Below are positions 37,078 to 46,090 of a stretch of DNA of 64,000 nucleotides, piece by piece; position 1 is the stretch's first letter; every line of letters starts with the position of its first letter. Below the pieces are notes generated by a model. The model did no database searches and was not told where the DNA came from. It was given only the letters and a program-made list of their open reading frames with translations. This DNA comes from Bryobacterales bacterium (GTDB lineage: Bacteria > Acidobacteriota > Terriglobia > Bryobacterales > UBA6623), in contig JAPOOG010000073.1 in NCBI GenBank assembly GCA_026713545.1, positions 4,184 to 68,183 of the forward strand, read 5' to 3'. The translations under genes were made by a program, and so were the position numbers.

Positions 37078-39195
37078 GTGCGACTAGGCATCGACATCGG
37101 TGGAACGTTCACCGACATCGTCTACGTGGGCGATGACGGGGAGGTCACCACTCGGAAGGTTCTCTCGAGTCCTGACGACTATAGCCGCTCGATCCGCGAA
37201 AGCCTGCCGGGAATGTTCGAGGAGCGCGCCGTCAGCGGGGCTGCGCTGCGGGAAGTGATCCACGGCACAACGGTGGCCACCAATGCGATTCTCGAGCAGC
37301 GCGGCGCGAACACAGCCTTGATCACCACCAAAGGGTTCCGCGATGTGCTCGAGTTGCGGCGGATCCGTATGCCGGAACTCTACAACTGGCACTGGGACAA
37401 ACCCCCGGACCTCGTCGAGCGGCGGCTGCGATTCGAGGTTCCTGAGCGAATCGACGCCCACGGAGGCGTGCTGATCCCGCTGGATCACGATGCCGCCGCC
37501 AGTGTCATCGATCAAATCGCCGCGCTGGGGGTCGAATCGATCGCCATCTGCCTGATCAACTCCTACGTCAATCCCGGCCATGAAGAATCGCTGGCTCGGA
37601 TGATCGCCGAGCGGCACCCCCACATTTCGGTTTCGGTGTCGAGTGAGATCTTGCGGGAGGTCAAGGAGTACGAGCGGACCGCTACAACAGTCGTGAATGC
37701 CTATGTGGCGCCCATCGTGGGCCGCTATGTCGACTCTCTCTCACAGTCGCTGCGCGATCTGAACGTCCGGGCGCCCCTGATGATCATGCAGTCCAACGGC
37801 GGAGTGATGACCGCGCAGGAATCGTCGCGGCGGCCCGTCTACATGATCGAGTCAGGCCCGGCAGCCGGCGTGATTGCCGCTCACGACCTTGTAAGCCGGC
37901 AGGGGATCCCGAACGCCATCACCTTGGACATGGGCGGCACGACAGCCAAGGCTTCGATTATCGAAGACGGCGCTCTCAGCACAGCCGCCGAGTATGAGGT
38001 CGGTTCCTCGCTCTCCCTCGTCAGCAGACTGATCAAAGGTGGCGGCCACTTGATTCGCGTTCCGGCGATCGACGTCGCCGAAGTGGGCGCCGGCGGCGGT
38101 AGCATTGCGTGGCTCGATGAAGGGCAGGCCCTGAACATCGGTCCGCATAGCGCAGGCGCTTCGCCGGGACCGGTCTGTTACGACCAGGGTGGAACCGAAA
38201 CGACCAATACGGACGCCAATCTGGTCCTGGGCTATATCAATCCGGAAGGCCTGGTGGGAGGAGGGCTGCAACTCGATCGTTCCAAAGCCGAACAGTGCGT
38301 CGAGCGGCAGATCGCCGCCCCACTGGGCATGAGCCTTCTCGAAGCCGCCTACGGCGTCCACTTGCTTGCCAATTCCAACATGACACGCGCCGTGAGGGCT
38401 GTTTCGACCGAGCGGGGGCGCGACGTGCGGAATTTCGCCTTGATCGCTTTCGGAGGCGCCGGACCGCTGCACGCCTGCGAAATGGGCCTCGCACTCGGAA
38501 TGAAGGAAGCCGTCATTCCTCCGTATCCAGGGCTGTTCAGCGCTTTCGGGCTGCTATCGGCCGACATCGAGCATCACTACGTGCAGACGTACTTCAAGAA
38601 GACCAGTGAGGCTGACCTGGAGCAGCTCAACGCCACCATCAACCGCATCGAAAAGCACATAGTCGTACTGCTGACCAGTCAAGGTTTCAGCGAAAGCGAG
38701 ATCGACCTTCACTGTTACGCCGACATGCGGTACTCCGGGCAATCTTACGAGCTGACGATTCCCGTCGGCTCCACCAAGTTGAGCTCGGATGCCATCGACC
38801 GGCTCGAAGATGCCTACGACGCGGAACACGAGAAAACCTACGGTCATAAGGGGGGCGAGGGAGAAGATTACACCTTCGTCAACTTCCGTCTGATCGGCCG
38901 GGTTGCGCGCAAGAGCTCGACCGTCGCGCCTTCGCAGAACGCCTTCAAACCGCGGCACGCCGGCCGTCGCCAGGCATACTTCGGGCCGGATCATGGGCTT
39001 GTCGATACCGCCGTGCTGTCACGCGGCGACCTCGAGGCCGATCCCCGTGAAGGGCCGCTGCTGATTGACGAATACGACTCGACGACGGTGGTGCCCCCGG
39101 GTTGCCGCGCCTGGCTGGACGCGCACGGTAACATTCGCATCGAGTTACGGGCGCTGGCCTGCATTTCTCACCACGCGGCGAGGCGAAGTGCGTGA
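37078..39195 (+). CDS. hyuA: Hydantoinase/oxoprolinase A-type subunit (HyuA family)
   Basis: GTG 37078 gives MRLGIDIGGTFTDIV, matching the N-terminus of the other HyuA. The last roughly 12 codons and the stop lie inside RepA copy C. Confidence 0.9.
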   Translation: MRLGIDIGGTFTDIVYVGDDGEVTTRKVLSSPDDYSRSIRESLPGMFEERAVSGAALREVIHGTTVATNAILEQRGANTALITTKGFRDVLELRRIRMPELYNWHWDKPPDLVERRLRFEVPERIDAHGGVLIPLDHDAAASVIDQIAALGVESIAICLINSYVNPGHEESLARMIAERHPHISVSVSSEILREVKEYERTATTVVNAYVAPIVGRYVDSLSQSLRDLNVRAPLMIMQSNGGVMTAQESSRRPVYMIESGPAAGVIAAHDLVSRQGIPNAITLDMGGTTAKASIIEDGALSTAAEYEVGSSLSLVSRLIKGGGHLIRVPAIDVAEVGAGGGSIAWLDEGQALNIGPHSAGASPGPVCYDQGGTETTNTDANLVLGYINPEGLVGGGLQLDRSKAEQCVERQIAAPLGMSLLEAAYGVHLLANSNMTRAVRAVSTERGRDVRNFALIAFGGAGPLHACEMGLALGMKEAVIPPYPGLFSAFGLLSADIEHHYVQTYFKKTSEADLEQLNATINRIEKHIVVLLTSQGFSESEIDLHCYADMRYSGQSYELTIPVGSTKLSSDAIDRLEDAYDAEHEKTYGHKGGEGEDYTFVNFRLIGRVARKSSTVAPSQNAFKPRHAGRRQAYFGPDHGLVDTAVLSRGDLEADPREGPLLIDEYDSTTVVPPGCRAWLDAHGNIRIELRALACISHHAARRSA

Positions 39196-39333
39196 GAGGG
39201 ACGTCAGGACGAGGCGCGAGCTGCTTGGCGCGCGCAGGCGTACTTGACGGTACGTCGAGCACGGTAAGCAAGCGCAACGAAGTCATGGCGGTCGTATCGC
39301 GTGCTGCGACCGTCGGGTGGTAAGAAATGCAGG
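39158..39333 (+). repeat. RepA copy C (176 bp)
   Basis: Left end CCTGCATTTCTCACCAC, right end GTGGTAAGAAATGCAGG (one mismatch). The pairing extends outward (CTGG.../...CCAG). Confidence 0.85.
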
Positions 39334-39371
39334 CCAGCCGGCTGGATTGAGACCGCAAGCTCAGGAGTTCC

Positions 39372-41174
39372 ATGCAAGCAATGACCACACGACGGACGGT
39401 TTCACAAAAGGCGGATCCGATCACCTTGGGGCTGATCCGGAACTTTCTGTCCAGCGTGGCCGACGAGATGGCGAATACGGTGATTCGTACCGCTTATTCC
39501 ACCATCGTCCGTGACTGCATGGACTTCTCGACGGCGCTGTGCGACAAGAACGGCCAGACGGTCGCACAGGGTGTGACCATCCCGGTCCATCTCGGCTCGG
39601 TGCCGACCGCGCTGGGTCACACCATCAAAAGGTTCGAAGGGAACATTCACCCCGGCGACGTCTTCATCATGAACGACCCCTTTCAGGGGGGGATTCATAT
39701 CCCGGATATCTTCGTCTTCAAGCCGGTTTTCCATGAGAATCGCCTGATGGGCTACTCGACCGCCGTGTCCCATCACTTGGATCTGGGTGGACGAGTGCCG
39801 GGCAGCGCTGCCTGCGATAACACGGAGATTTTCCACGACGGCTTGCGCATCCCGCCGTTGAAGCTGTACGACCGCGGCGTGCCGAGCGAAGCGATCTTCC
39901 AGCTTCTGGAAAAGAATATCCGCGTGCCGGTGCAGACGCTCGGCGATCTTCGCTCGAACCTCTCGGCGCTGCGAACCGGTGAGAAAGGACTTCTCTCGCT
40001 GGCGGATCGCCATGGTGTGGACGACTTGGAAATGTATTTCGCCGAGCTGCTCGACTACACCGAAGCGATGGTGCGGGCGGAGATCCGGAGCTGGCCCGAT
40101 GGCGAGTACACGTTCACCGACTACCTCGACGATGACGGGGTGGACGCCGGGGAGATCGCGATCAAGGTCAAGATGACGGTGGAGGATGATTGCCTCACGG
40201 TCGATTTCACGGGTACGTCTCCCCAAGTCAAGGGGGGGATCAATTCGCCGTATGCCTTCACGATCTCCTGCTGCGGGTACGCGGTTCGCTCGATCATGCA
40301 AGCCGACATCCCGAACACGTCGGGATTGTTTCGGCCGATCAAGATCATTGCGCCGACGGGCACCATCCTGAATCCCGTTATGCCGGCGGCTTCGGGCATG
40401 CGAGGCGTCGTGGGGTTCCGGTTGGCTGATGCGCTCTTCGGCGCGCTGGCCAAGATCGTGCCCCACAAGATTCCCGCGGCGGGTGAAGGCGGTAACTCCC
40501 TGATCATCATCGGTGGATATGACCGGGAGCGGAAACCCTTCATCATGTTCGACCTGATCGCAGGCACCTGGGGAGCACGGCCGAACAAAGACGGCATTGA
40601 CGGCTTGACCAACCCGGGCTCGGTGATTTCCAACATTCCGGTAGAGCTGATGGAACTGGACTACCCGGTTCGAGTCGAGCAGTACGCTCTCACGAAGGAC
40701 ACCGGTGGGGCGGGCAAGTATCGAGGCGGGTTGGCCATTGCTCGGGATTGGCGCTATGTCGGAGACGGTCCGGCGAACCTCACGATCCGCTCGGACCGGC
40801 GGGAGCACACCCCTTACGGCCTGTATGGGGGACACAACGGCTCCCCTTCCTGGAATATCGTCAACCCCGGCGCCGAAGAGGAGCGCACTCTGCGCACCAT
40901 GGTGACCGATACCTTGCAGCCCGGAGATGTGATTCGCCACATCCAACCCGGCGCGGGCGGATGGGGCGAGCCCCTGGAGAGAGACATCGAGAGCGTCGAG
41001 CAGGACGTGCGCAATGACAAGGTATCGATCGCTAAGGCTGAGGAGTTGTACGGCGTTGTGATCGACGACGAGAAACAGACCGTAGACAGGGAACGGACAG
41101 AGCGAGAACGCTCCGCCCGTCGTTCGAAAGCAGGTCAGGCCCAACGTTCGGCAAACGGAGGAGTTCGCCGATAA
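39372..41174 (+). CDS. hyuB: Hydantoinase B / oxoprolinase B-type subunit (HyuB family), copy 1
   Basis: 600 aa with DPITLGLIRNFLSSVADEMANTVIRTAYS and NDPFQGGIHIPD blocks. Confidence 0.9.
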   Translation: MQAMTTRRTVSQKADPITLGLIRNFLSSVADEMANTVIRTAYSTIVRDCMDFSTALCDKNGQTVAQGVTIPVHLGSVPTALGHTIKRFEGNIHPGDVFIMNDPFQGGIHIPDIFVFKPVFHENRLMGYSTAVSHHLDLGGRVPGSAACDNTEIFHDGLRIPPLKLYDRGVPSEAIFQLLEKNIRVPVQTLGDLRSNLSALRTGEKGLLSLADRHGVDDLEMYFAELLDYTEAMVRAEIRSWPDGEYTFTDYLDDDGVDAGEIAIKVKMTVEDDCLTVDFTGTSPQVKGGINSPYAFTISCCGYAVRSIMQADIPNTSGLFRPIKIIAPTGTILNPVMPAASGMRGVVGFRLADALFGALAKIVPHKIPAAGEGGNSLIIIGGYDRERKPFIMFDLIAGTWGARPNKDGIDGLTNPGSVISNIPVELMELDYPVRVEQYALTKDTGGAGKYRGGLAIARDWRYVGDGPANLTIRSDRREHTPYGLYGGHNGSPSWNIVNPGAEEERTLRTMVTDTLQPGDVIRHIQPGAGGWGEPLERDIESVEQDVRNDKVSIAKAEELYGVVIDDEKQTVDRERTERERSARRSKAGQAQRSANGGVRR

Positions 41175-41204
41175 GAAAGCCCCGACCCTCTTTCTCCAGG
41201 TGAC

Positions 41205-42965
41205 ATGAATCCAGGCGCAGAAACGCAAGTCGACCCGGTCACGCTGGGGCTGATTCGGAACGCTCTTTCCAGCGTGGCCGACGAAATGGCGAACACCGTC
41301 ATCCGCACCGCCTATTCGACAGTCGTTCGGGATTGCATGGATTTCTCCACGGCGCTATGTGACAAGGATGGTCAGACGATCGCGCAAGGGGTGACCATCC
41401 CGTTTCAGCTTGGCTCCATCCCTTACGCCCTTGCAGCCACGATGCGTAAATTCGAGGGCAATATCTTCCCCGGCGACGTCTTCATCATGAACGACCCCTT
41501 TGAGGGGGGGATCCACCTGCCGGACATTTTCGTCTTTCAGCCGATTTTTGTCGATGGTGAGCTGCTGGCCTACTCCGCAGCCGTATCGCATCATCTCGAC
41601 ATCGGCGGGCGCGTTCCCGGCAGTGCGGCTTGCGACAACACCGAGATCTTTCAAGAGGGCATTCGGATTCCCCCGCTCAAGCTGTATGAACGTGGCGTTC
41701 CCAGCGATGCCATTTTTTCGATTCTCGAGAGCAACATCCGGGTCCCGCTCCAGACCCTGGGGGATCTCCGCTCCAACCTGGCCGCTCTGCGCATCGGTGA
41801 GAAGGGCGTGATTGCTCTCGCTGAGCGCTATGGAGCCGGTCTGCTGTCTCGCTACTTTGCTGAGTTGATCGATTACACCGAGAGGCTCGTTCGCGCTGAG
41901 ATTCGCTCCTGGCCCGACGGAGAGTATTCGTTCACGGATTATCTGGATGACGACGGCGTCGACGCCGGTGAGATTCCGATCAAGGTCACCATGAGGGTTG
42001 CTGGTGACTCGCTGGAGGCCGATTTCACGGGCTCGTCGCCGCAAGTGAAAGGCGCTATCAATTCGCCCATTTCGTTCACGATCTCGTGCTGCGGCTATGC
42101 GGTGCGATCGAGCATGCAAGCCGACATTCCCGACACCTATGGGTTGTTCCGCCCGATCGAGGTGATCGCTCCCGAAGGCTCCATCGTCAACCCCGTGATG
42201 CCGGCCGCCTCGAGCATGAGGGGCGTGGTGGGTTTCCGGCTGTCGGATGCTCTGTTCGGCGCGTTGGCCCGGATTCTCCCGGACCGCATGCCGGCGGCGG
42301 GAGAGGGCGGCAACTCTCTGGTGATCATTGGAGGCTACAACAGCGAGAGGAAACCCTTCATCATGTTCGATCTGGTGGCTGGCACTTGGGGGGCTCGACC
42401 ATCGAAGGATGGCAATGACGGGTTGACCAATCCCGGCTCGATCCTGGCCAACATCCCCGCCGAGCTGATGGAATTGGACTATCCTGTTCGGCTGGAGCAG
42501 TACTCCCTGGTGACGGATTCGGGAGGAGCCGGCAAGTATCGAGGGGGCCTGGCCGTCTGCCGCGACTGGCGGTACGTGGGTGACCGGCCGGCGACCCTGA
42601 GCATTCGCTCGGACCGGCGTGAGCATCCGCCTTACGGGCTGTACGGCGGCGGCAAGGGCTCCCCTTCATCGAACATCGTTAATCCGGGAACACACCAAGA
42701 GCGTATTTTGCGGACGATGGTCACGGACGAGTTGCATCCGGGAGACGTGATCCGGCACGTTCAACCGGGCGGTGGGGGATGGGGCGATCCGCTCGAGAGA
42801 AAGCCGGATGCCGTCGAGCGTGACGTGCGCAACGGCAAGGTCTCCGCGGAAAAGGCGGCCGAACTCCATGGCGTAGTGGTCGACCAGGAGTCTGGCAGAG
42901 TCGATGAGAAAGCGAGCCGGCTGCTGCGCAGCGATCTGCGTGCAGCCGCGATAGAGGTCCCATGA
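41205..42965 (+). CDS. hyuB: Hydantoinase B / oxoprolinase B-type subunit (HyuB family), copy 2 (tandem paralogue)
   Basis: 586 aa, colinear with copy 1 and identical at most aligned positions by eye. Its stop overlaps the next gene's ATG (ATGA). Confidence 0.9.
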   Translation: MNPGAETQVDPVTLGLIRNALSSVADEMANTVIRTAYSTVVRDCMDFSTALCDKDGQTIAQGVTIPFQLGSIPYALAATMRKFEGNIFPGDVFIMNDPFEGGIHLPDIFVFQPIFVDGELLAYSAAVSHHLDIGGRVPGSAACDNTEIFQEGIRIPPLKLYERGVPSDAIFSILESNIRVPLQTLGDLRSNLAALRIGEKGVIALAERYGAGLLSRYFAELIDYTERLVRAEIRSWPDGEYSFTDYLDDDGVDAGEIPIKVTMRVAGDSLEADFTGSSPQVKGAINSPISFTISCCGYAVRSSMQADIPDTYGLFRPIEVIAPEGSIVNPVMPAASSMRGVVGFRLSDALFGALARILPDRMPAAGEGGNSLVIIGGYNSERKPFIMFDLVAGTWGARPSKDGNDGLTNPGSILANIPAELMELDYPVRLEQYSLVTDSGGAGKYRGGLAVCRDWRYVGDRPATLSIRSDRREHPPYGLYGGGKGSPSSNIVNPGTHQERILRTMVTDELHPGDVIRHVQPGGGGWGDPLERKPDAVERDVRNGKVSAEKAAELHGVVVDQESGRVDEKASRLLRSDLRAAAIEVP

Positions 42966-44134
42966 AGATTACCGATCTCAAGACAACGCTCGTATCGGTT
43001 CCGCATACCGAACCCGAGTTCATGTCCACAGGCATGCGCAAAGGCGTGACCCAGTGCTTGATTGAAGTGGAGACCGACGAGGGTGTGACCGGCCTGGGCG
43101 AGAGTATTTGCCGCCCGAACGCTCCCGTCATCGAGGCCGCGATTCAATCCTGCAAGCCACTGCTTGTCGGCAGCGACCCCAACAACATCGAGGCCGTCGT
43201 CAACAACATCCGCCACCTCGGCAATTGGCACTTCTTCGAACGAGTGGGCAATGTCGCGGTCGGCGGCATCGAGATGGCCTTGTGGGATATCGTGGGCAAG
43301 GCCTGCGGTAAGCCGTTGTACGAACTGCTGGGCGGCATGGTCCGCGACCGCATGCCGATTTTTTACTACCTGTTTCGATTCGAGTTGGACGAGATGGAGC
43401 GCCGCGCAAAAAAGGCGGTCGAGGACGGCTGGCAACTGATCTATTTCAAGGTCGGCCACGATATCCAGGCCGACATCGAGGCGGTCGAAGCCGTGCGCGG
43501 GGCGGTCGGAAGCAAGGCAGGCATTCGAATCGACGCCAATGAGGCCTGGACGCCGGGAGCCGCCGTGCGATTCATCAAACAGATCGAAAAGTTCGACGTC
43601 GAATTCGTGGAGCAGCCGACGCCGGCCAAGGACTTCGACGGGCTTGCTCACGTCCGTCGTGCGACGAATACGCCGATCGGGGCGAACCAGACCTCCTGGA
43701 CGCTGCAAGACGTGCTCGAAGTGGTGAAAAGAGATGCGGCGGATGTGATCGTGACCGACCAGTACACCACCGGAGGTCTGCTGAATTACAAGAAGGCCGT
43801 GGCGATCTGCGAAGCAGCGGGGCTGCCCGTCAATCACCACTGCTGGGGCGAGCTGGGTATCGGAACCGCCGCCGGCGCCCACATGGTTGCCTCCTGTCCT
43901 CCGTTCCTGTACGCCAATCAGAGCTACGTGATGATTCACGAAGACGACATCATCGCCGGCGGATTGCCGGAGATCGAAAACGGTTCGATCGCCGTTCCCC
44001 GAGGTCCGGGGCTGGGTATCACCCTCGATCCCGACCGCGTGGCCGCCGCCGCCCAACGCTATCGCGAGCAGGGCGAATTCCCTTCCCGGCTGGCGCATGA
44101 CAAAGTGGACGTAACGATCATCCCGAAGTTCTAG
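42962..44134 (+). CDS. Enolase-superfamily enzyme (mandelate racemase / muconate lactonizing enzyme family), specificity unknown
   Basis: 390 aa with GLGES, EMALWDIVGKACGKPLYELLGG, IRIDANEAW and FVEQP metal-ligand blocks. Confidence 0.85.
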   Translation: MKITDLKTTLVSVPHTEPEFMSTGMRKGVTQCLIEVETDEGVTGLGESICRPNAPVIEAAIQSCKPLLVGSDPNNIEAVVNNIRHLGNWHFFERVGNVAVGGIEMALWDIVGKACGKPLYELLGGMVRDRMPIFYYLFRFELDEMERRAKKAVEDGWQLIYFKVGHDIQADIEAVEAVRGAVGSKAGIRIDANEAWTPGAAVRFIKQIEKFDVEFVEQPTPAKDFDGLAHVRRATNTPIGANQTSWTLQDVLEVVKRDAADVIVTDQYTTGGLLNYKKAVAICEAAGLPVNHHCWGELGIGTAAGAHMVASCPPFLYANQSYVMIHEDDIIAGGLPEIENGSIAVPRGPGLGITLDPDRVAAAAQRYREQGEFPSRLAHDKVDVTIIPKF

Positions 44135-44293
44135 CGGCCCGTGGTGAAACCCCGCGTAGCACCGAGAGAGGCGAGGCGCCCGGCTGACAAGGCGCGACGA
44201 GGGAGCATATTGGACATATTCGACCGAGGAGCAACACAGTTCAGCCGGGATGCATCGCTGCTCGAATGCAGCGGGGCCTTTGGCCACGGGCTG
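44135..44293 (-). repeat. RepC copy 2 (159 bp, inverted relative to copy 1)
   Basis: Starts 1 nt after the enolase gene's TAG. Ends are CGGCCCGTGGTGAAACCCCGC ... GCGGGGCCTTTGGCCACGGGCTG. Confidence 0.8.
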
Positions 44294-44319
44294 CCGGCGG
44301 CGCTCGAAGCCCATCGTCC

Positions 44320-46053
44320 ATGACTGGCGATCAACCCTTCCCCTTCGTCTTCTGGGATTACCTCGTCTTCGCGGCCTACTTCGCGGCCCTCTCCGCGGTC
44401 GGTTTGTGGGCCGGACGCGAAAAGAAACGCAGTCCGGAAAGTTATTTCCTCGCCGGCCGCACCCTGCCCTGGTACGTCGTCGGAAGTTCGTTCATCGCGT
44501 CCAACATCAGCTCCGAGCACTTTATCGGGATGATCGGTGCGGCCTATGTCTATGGCATTGCCGTGGCCATGGCCGAGTGGGGCAATATCTCCGTCTTCAC
44601 GCTGTTGATCTGGTTCTTTATTCCCTTCCTGCTCGCGTCAAGAGTCTTCACCATCCCGGAGTTCTTGGAGAAGCGGTTCAATCGCACGGTGAGGCAGTTT
44701 TTCGCGGTGGTCACGATCGCGAGCAACGTCGTCGCCTTTCTGGCGGCGGTGCTTTACGGCGGCGCCCTGATGCTGGAGAAGCTTTTCGGATGGGACCTCT
44801 GGTTCGCCATCATCTCGTTGGGCGTCGTGGCCGGAACGTGGGCGATTTACGGGGGGCTCCGCTCTGTCGCCTGGACTGATTTCGTCACCTTGCTGGTGAT
44901 GATCGTCGGCGGACTGATGGTCACTTTGTACGGGCTCGATTACCTTTCCGGAGACTCCCATTCGCTCACCGAGGGCTGGCGCGTCATGATCGATCGGAAC
45001 CAGGCGCACAGCGGAGTCTGGCGGGAGGCCGTCGAGAAGAACGCCTGGCAGATCGCTCGCGTGGAGCAATACAACCGCTTGTCGGTCATCCAACCGCCCA
45101 CGCATGAAGTCATGCCCTGGCCCGGGCTGGCTCTGGGTTGGATCTCGGTGGGCATCTGGTACAGCGTGATCAATCAGTTCATGATCCAGCGCGTTTTGGG
45201 TGCCAGGAACATGTACCACGCCCGGATGGGGATCGTCCTCGCCGGCTATCTCAAGATCTTGATGCCGGTGCTTGTCGTGGTGCCGGGACTGATCCTGTTC
45301 GCGCTGCAGCCTGAAGTGATGCTGCTGCCCTGGGAAGAGATCCGCCCCGCCGCCGACCGAGGCTACGTGACGATGGTGCAGGCCATGATCCCCGTCGGCT
45401 TGCGCGGCTTGTTCCTGGCCGCCCTGTTCGGCGCGATTCAGTCCACGGTCAACTCGGTCATCAACTCGACCGCCACGGTTTTCACTTGGGACCTGTACCG
45501 CCCTTCGTTCCGGCCGAACGAGTCCGACCGCCACTACGTGCGTGTCGGGGTCGCGTCGTCGATCTTCATCATGGCGGTTTCCATCGTCCTGGGCCGCTAC
45601 ATCGAAGAGTTCGGCGGCAGCTTGTTCGTCTACATCCAGACGCTGTATGCGTTCTTCGCGCCTCCCTTTGCGGCTGTCTTCGTGCTGGGCCTGTTGTCCA
45701 AACGGGTCAACGCCAAGGGCGCTACCGCGGCCGTTTTTTCCGGCTTCGCATTTGGCATCGCCATGAAGCTGTATGTCCAACTGCTCCCGGGCCACTTGCC
45801 CTGGGTTGAACCCTACGCCATGCAGGCCTTGATCAACTGGTGCTTTTGCGTAATGATTTGCGTGCTGATCAGTGCACTGACGGCGCCTCCTGCTGCCGGG
45901 CAAGTGACCGATCAGTTGACCTTCCGTTGGTCCAAGTTGAACATCGGCGCGGAGTTGGGGCATCGTTGGTACAACAGCGTCGTGGTCTGGTGGGCGGTGT
46001 TCGTCGGAATCGTAATTTGCCTGATGACGTGGTTTTCGGGACTGTTTCACTGA
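44320..46053 (+). CDS. SGLT-type sodium/sugar symporter (SSS family)
   Basis: YFLAGRTLPWYVVGSSFIASNISSEHFIGMIGAAY closely matches the SGLT/vSGLT signature region. ATG 44320 is preferred because the longer ORF start at 44266 lies in RepC. Confidence 0.85.
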   Translation: MTGDQPFPFVFWDYLVFAAYFAALSAVGLWAGREKKRSPESYFLAGRTLPWYVVGSSFIASNISSEHFIGMIGAAYVYGIAVAMAEWGNISVFTLLIWFFIPFLLASRVFTIPEFLEKRFNRTVRQFFAVVTIASNVVAFLAAVLYGGALMLEKLFGWDLWFAIISLGVVAGTWAIYGGLRSVAWTDFVTLLVMIVGGLMVTLYGLDYLSGDSHSLTEGWRVMIDRNQAHSGVWREAVEKNAWQIARVEQYNRLSVIQPPTHEVMPWPGLALGWISVGIWYSVINQFMIQRVLGARNMYHARMGIVLAGYLKILMPVLVVVPGLILFALQPEVMLLPWEEIRPAADRGYVTMVQAMIPVGLRGLFLAALFGAIQSTVNSVINSTATVFTWDLYRPSFRPNESDRHYVRVGVASSIFIMAVSIVLGRYIEEFGGSLFVYIQTLYAFFAPPFAAVFVLGLLSKRVNAKGATAAVFSGFAFGIAMKLYVQLLPGHLPWVEPYAMQALINWCFCVMICVLISALTAPPAAGQVTDQLTFRWSKLNIGAELGHRWYNSVVVWWAVFVGIVICLMTWFSGLFH

Positions 46054-46090
46054 GCCTGTTAGCGACCACGACGGAAACGGAGGAAACCGG

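Noticed and set aside
39681-39690. G7 runs inside hyuA/hyuB coding sequence (also near 8944, 40232 and 41504) as slippage or phase-variation tracts
   Set aside because: They encode conserved Gly-Gly motifs (FQGGIH / FEGGIH). All the genes are intact and in frame, and short G runs are expected at this GC content.
39402-41228. 608-aa minus-strand ORF. The same reasoning covers 41355-42626, 42761-44314, 44638-46326, 49848-51860, 53287-54645, 30240-31538, 8275-9543 and similar ORFs.
   Set aside because: All lie antisense to genes with clear family signatures. The absence of stops on the opposite strand is expected at this GC content.
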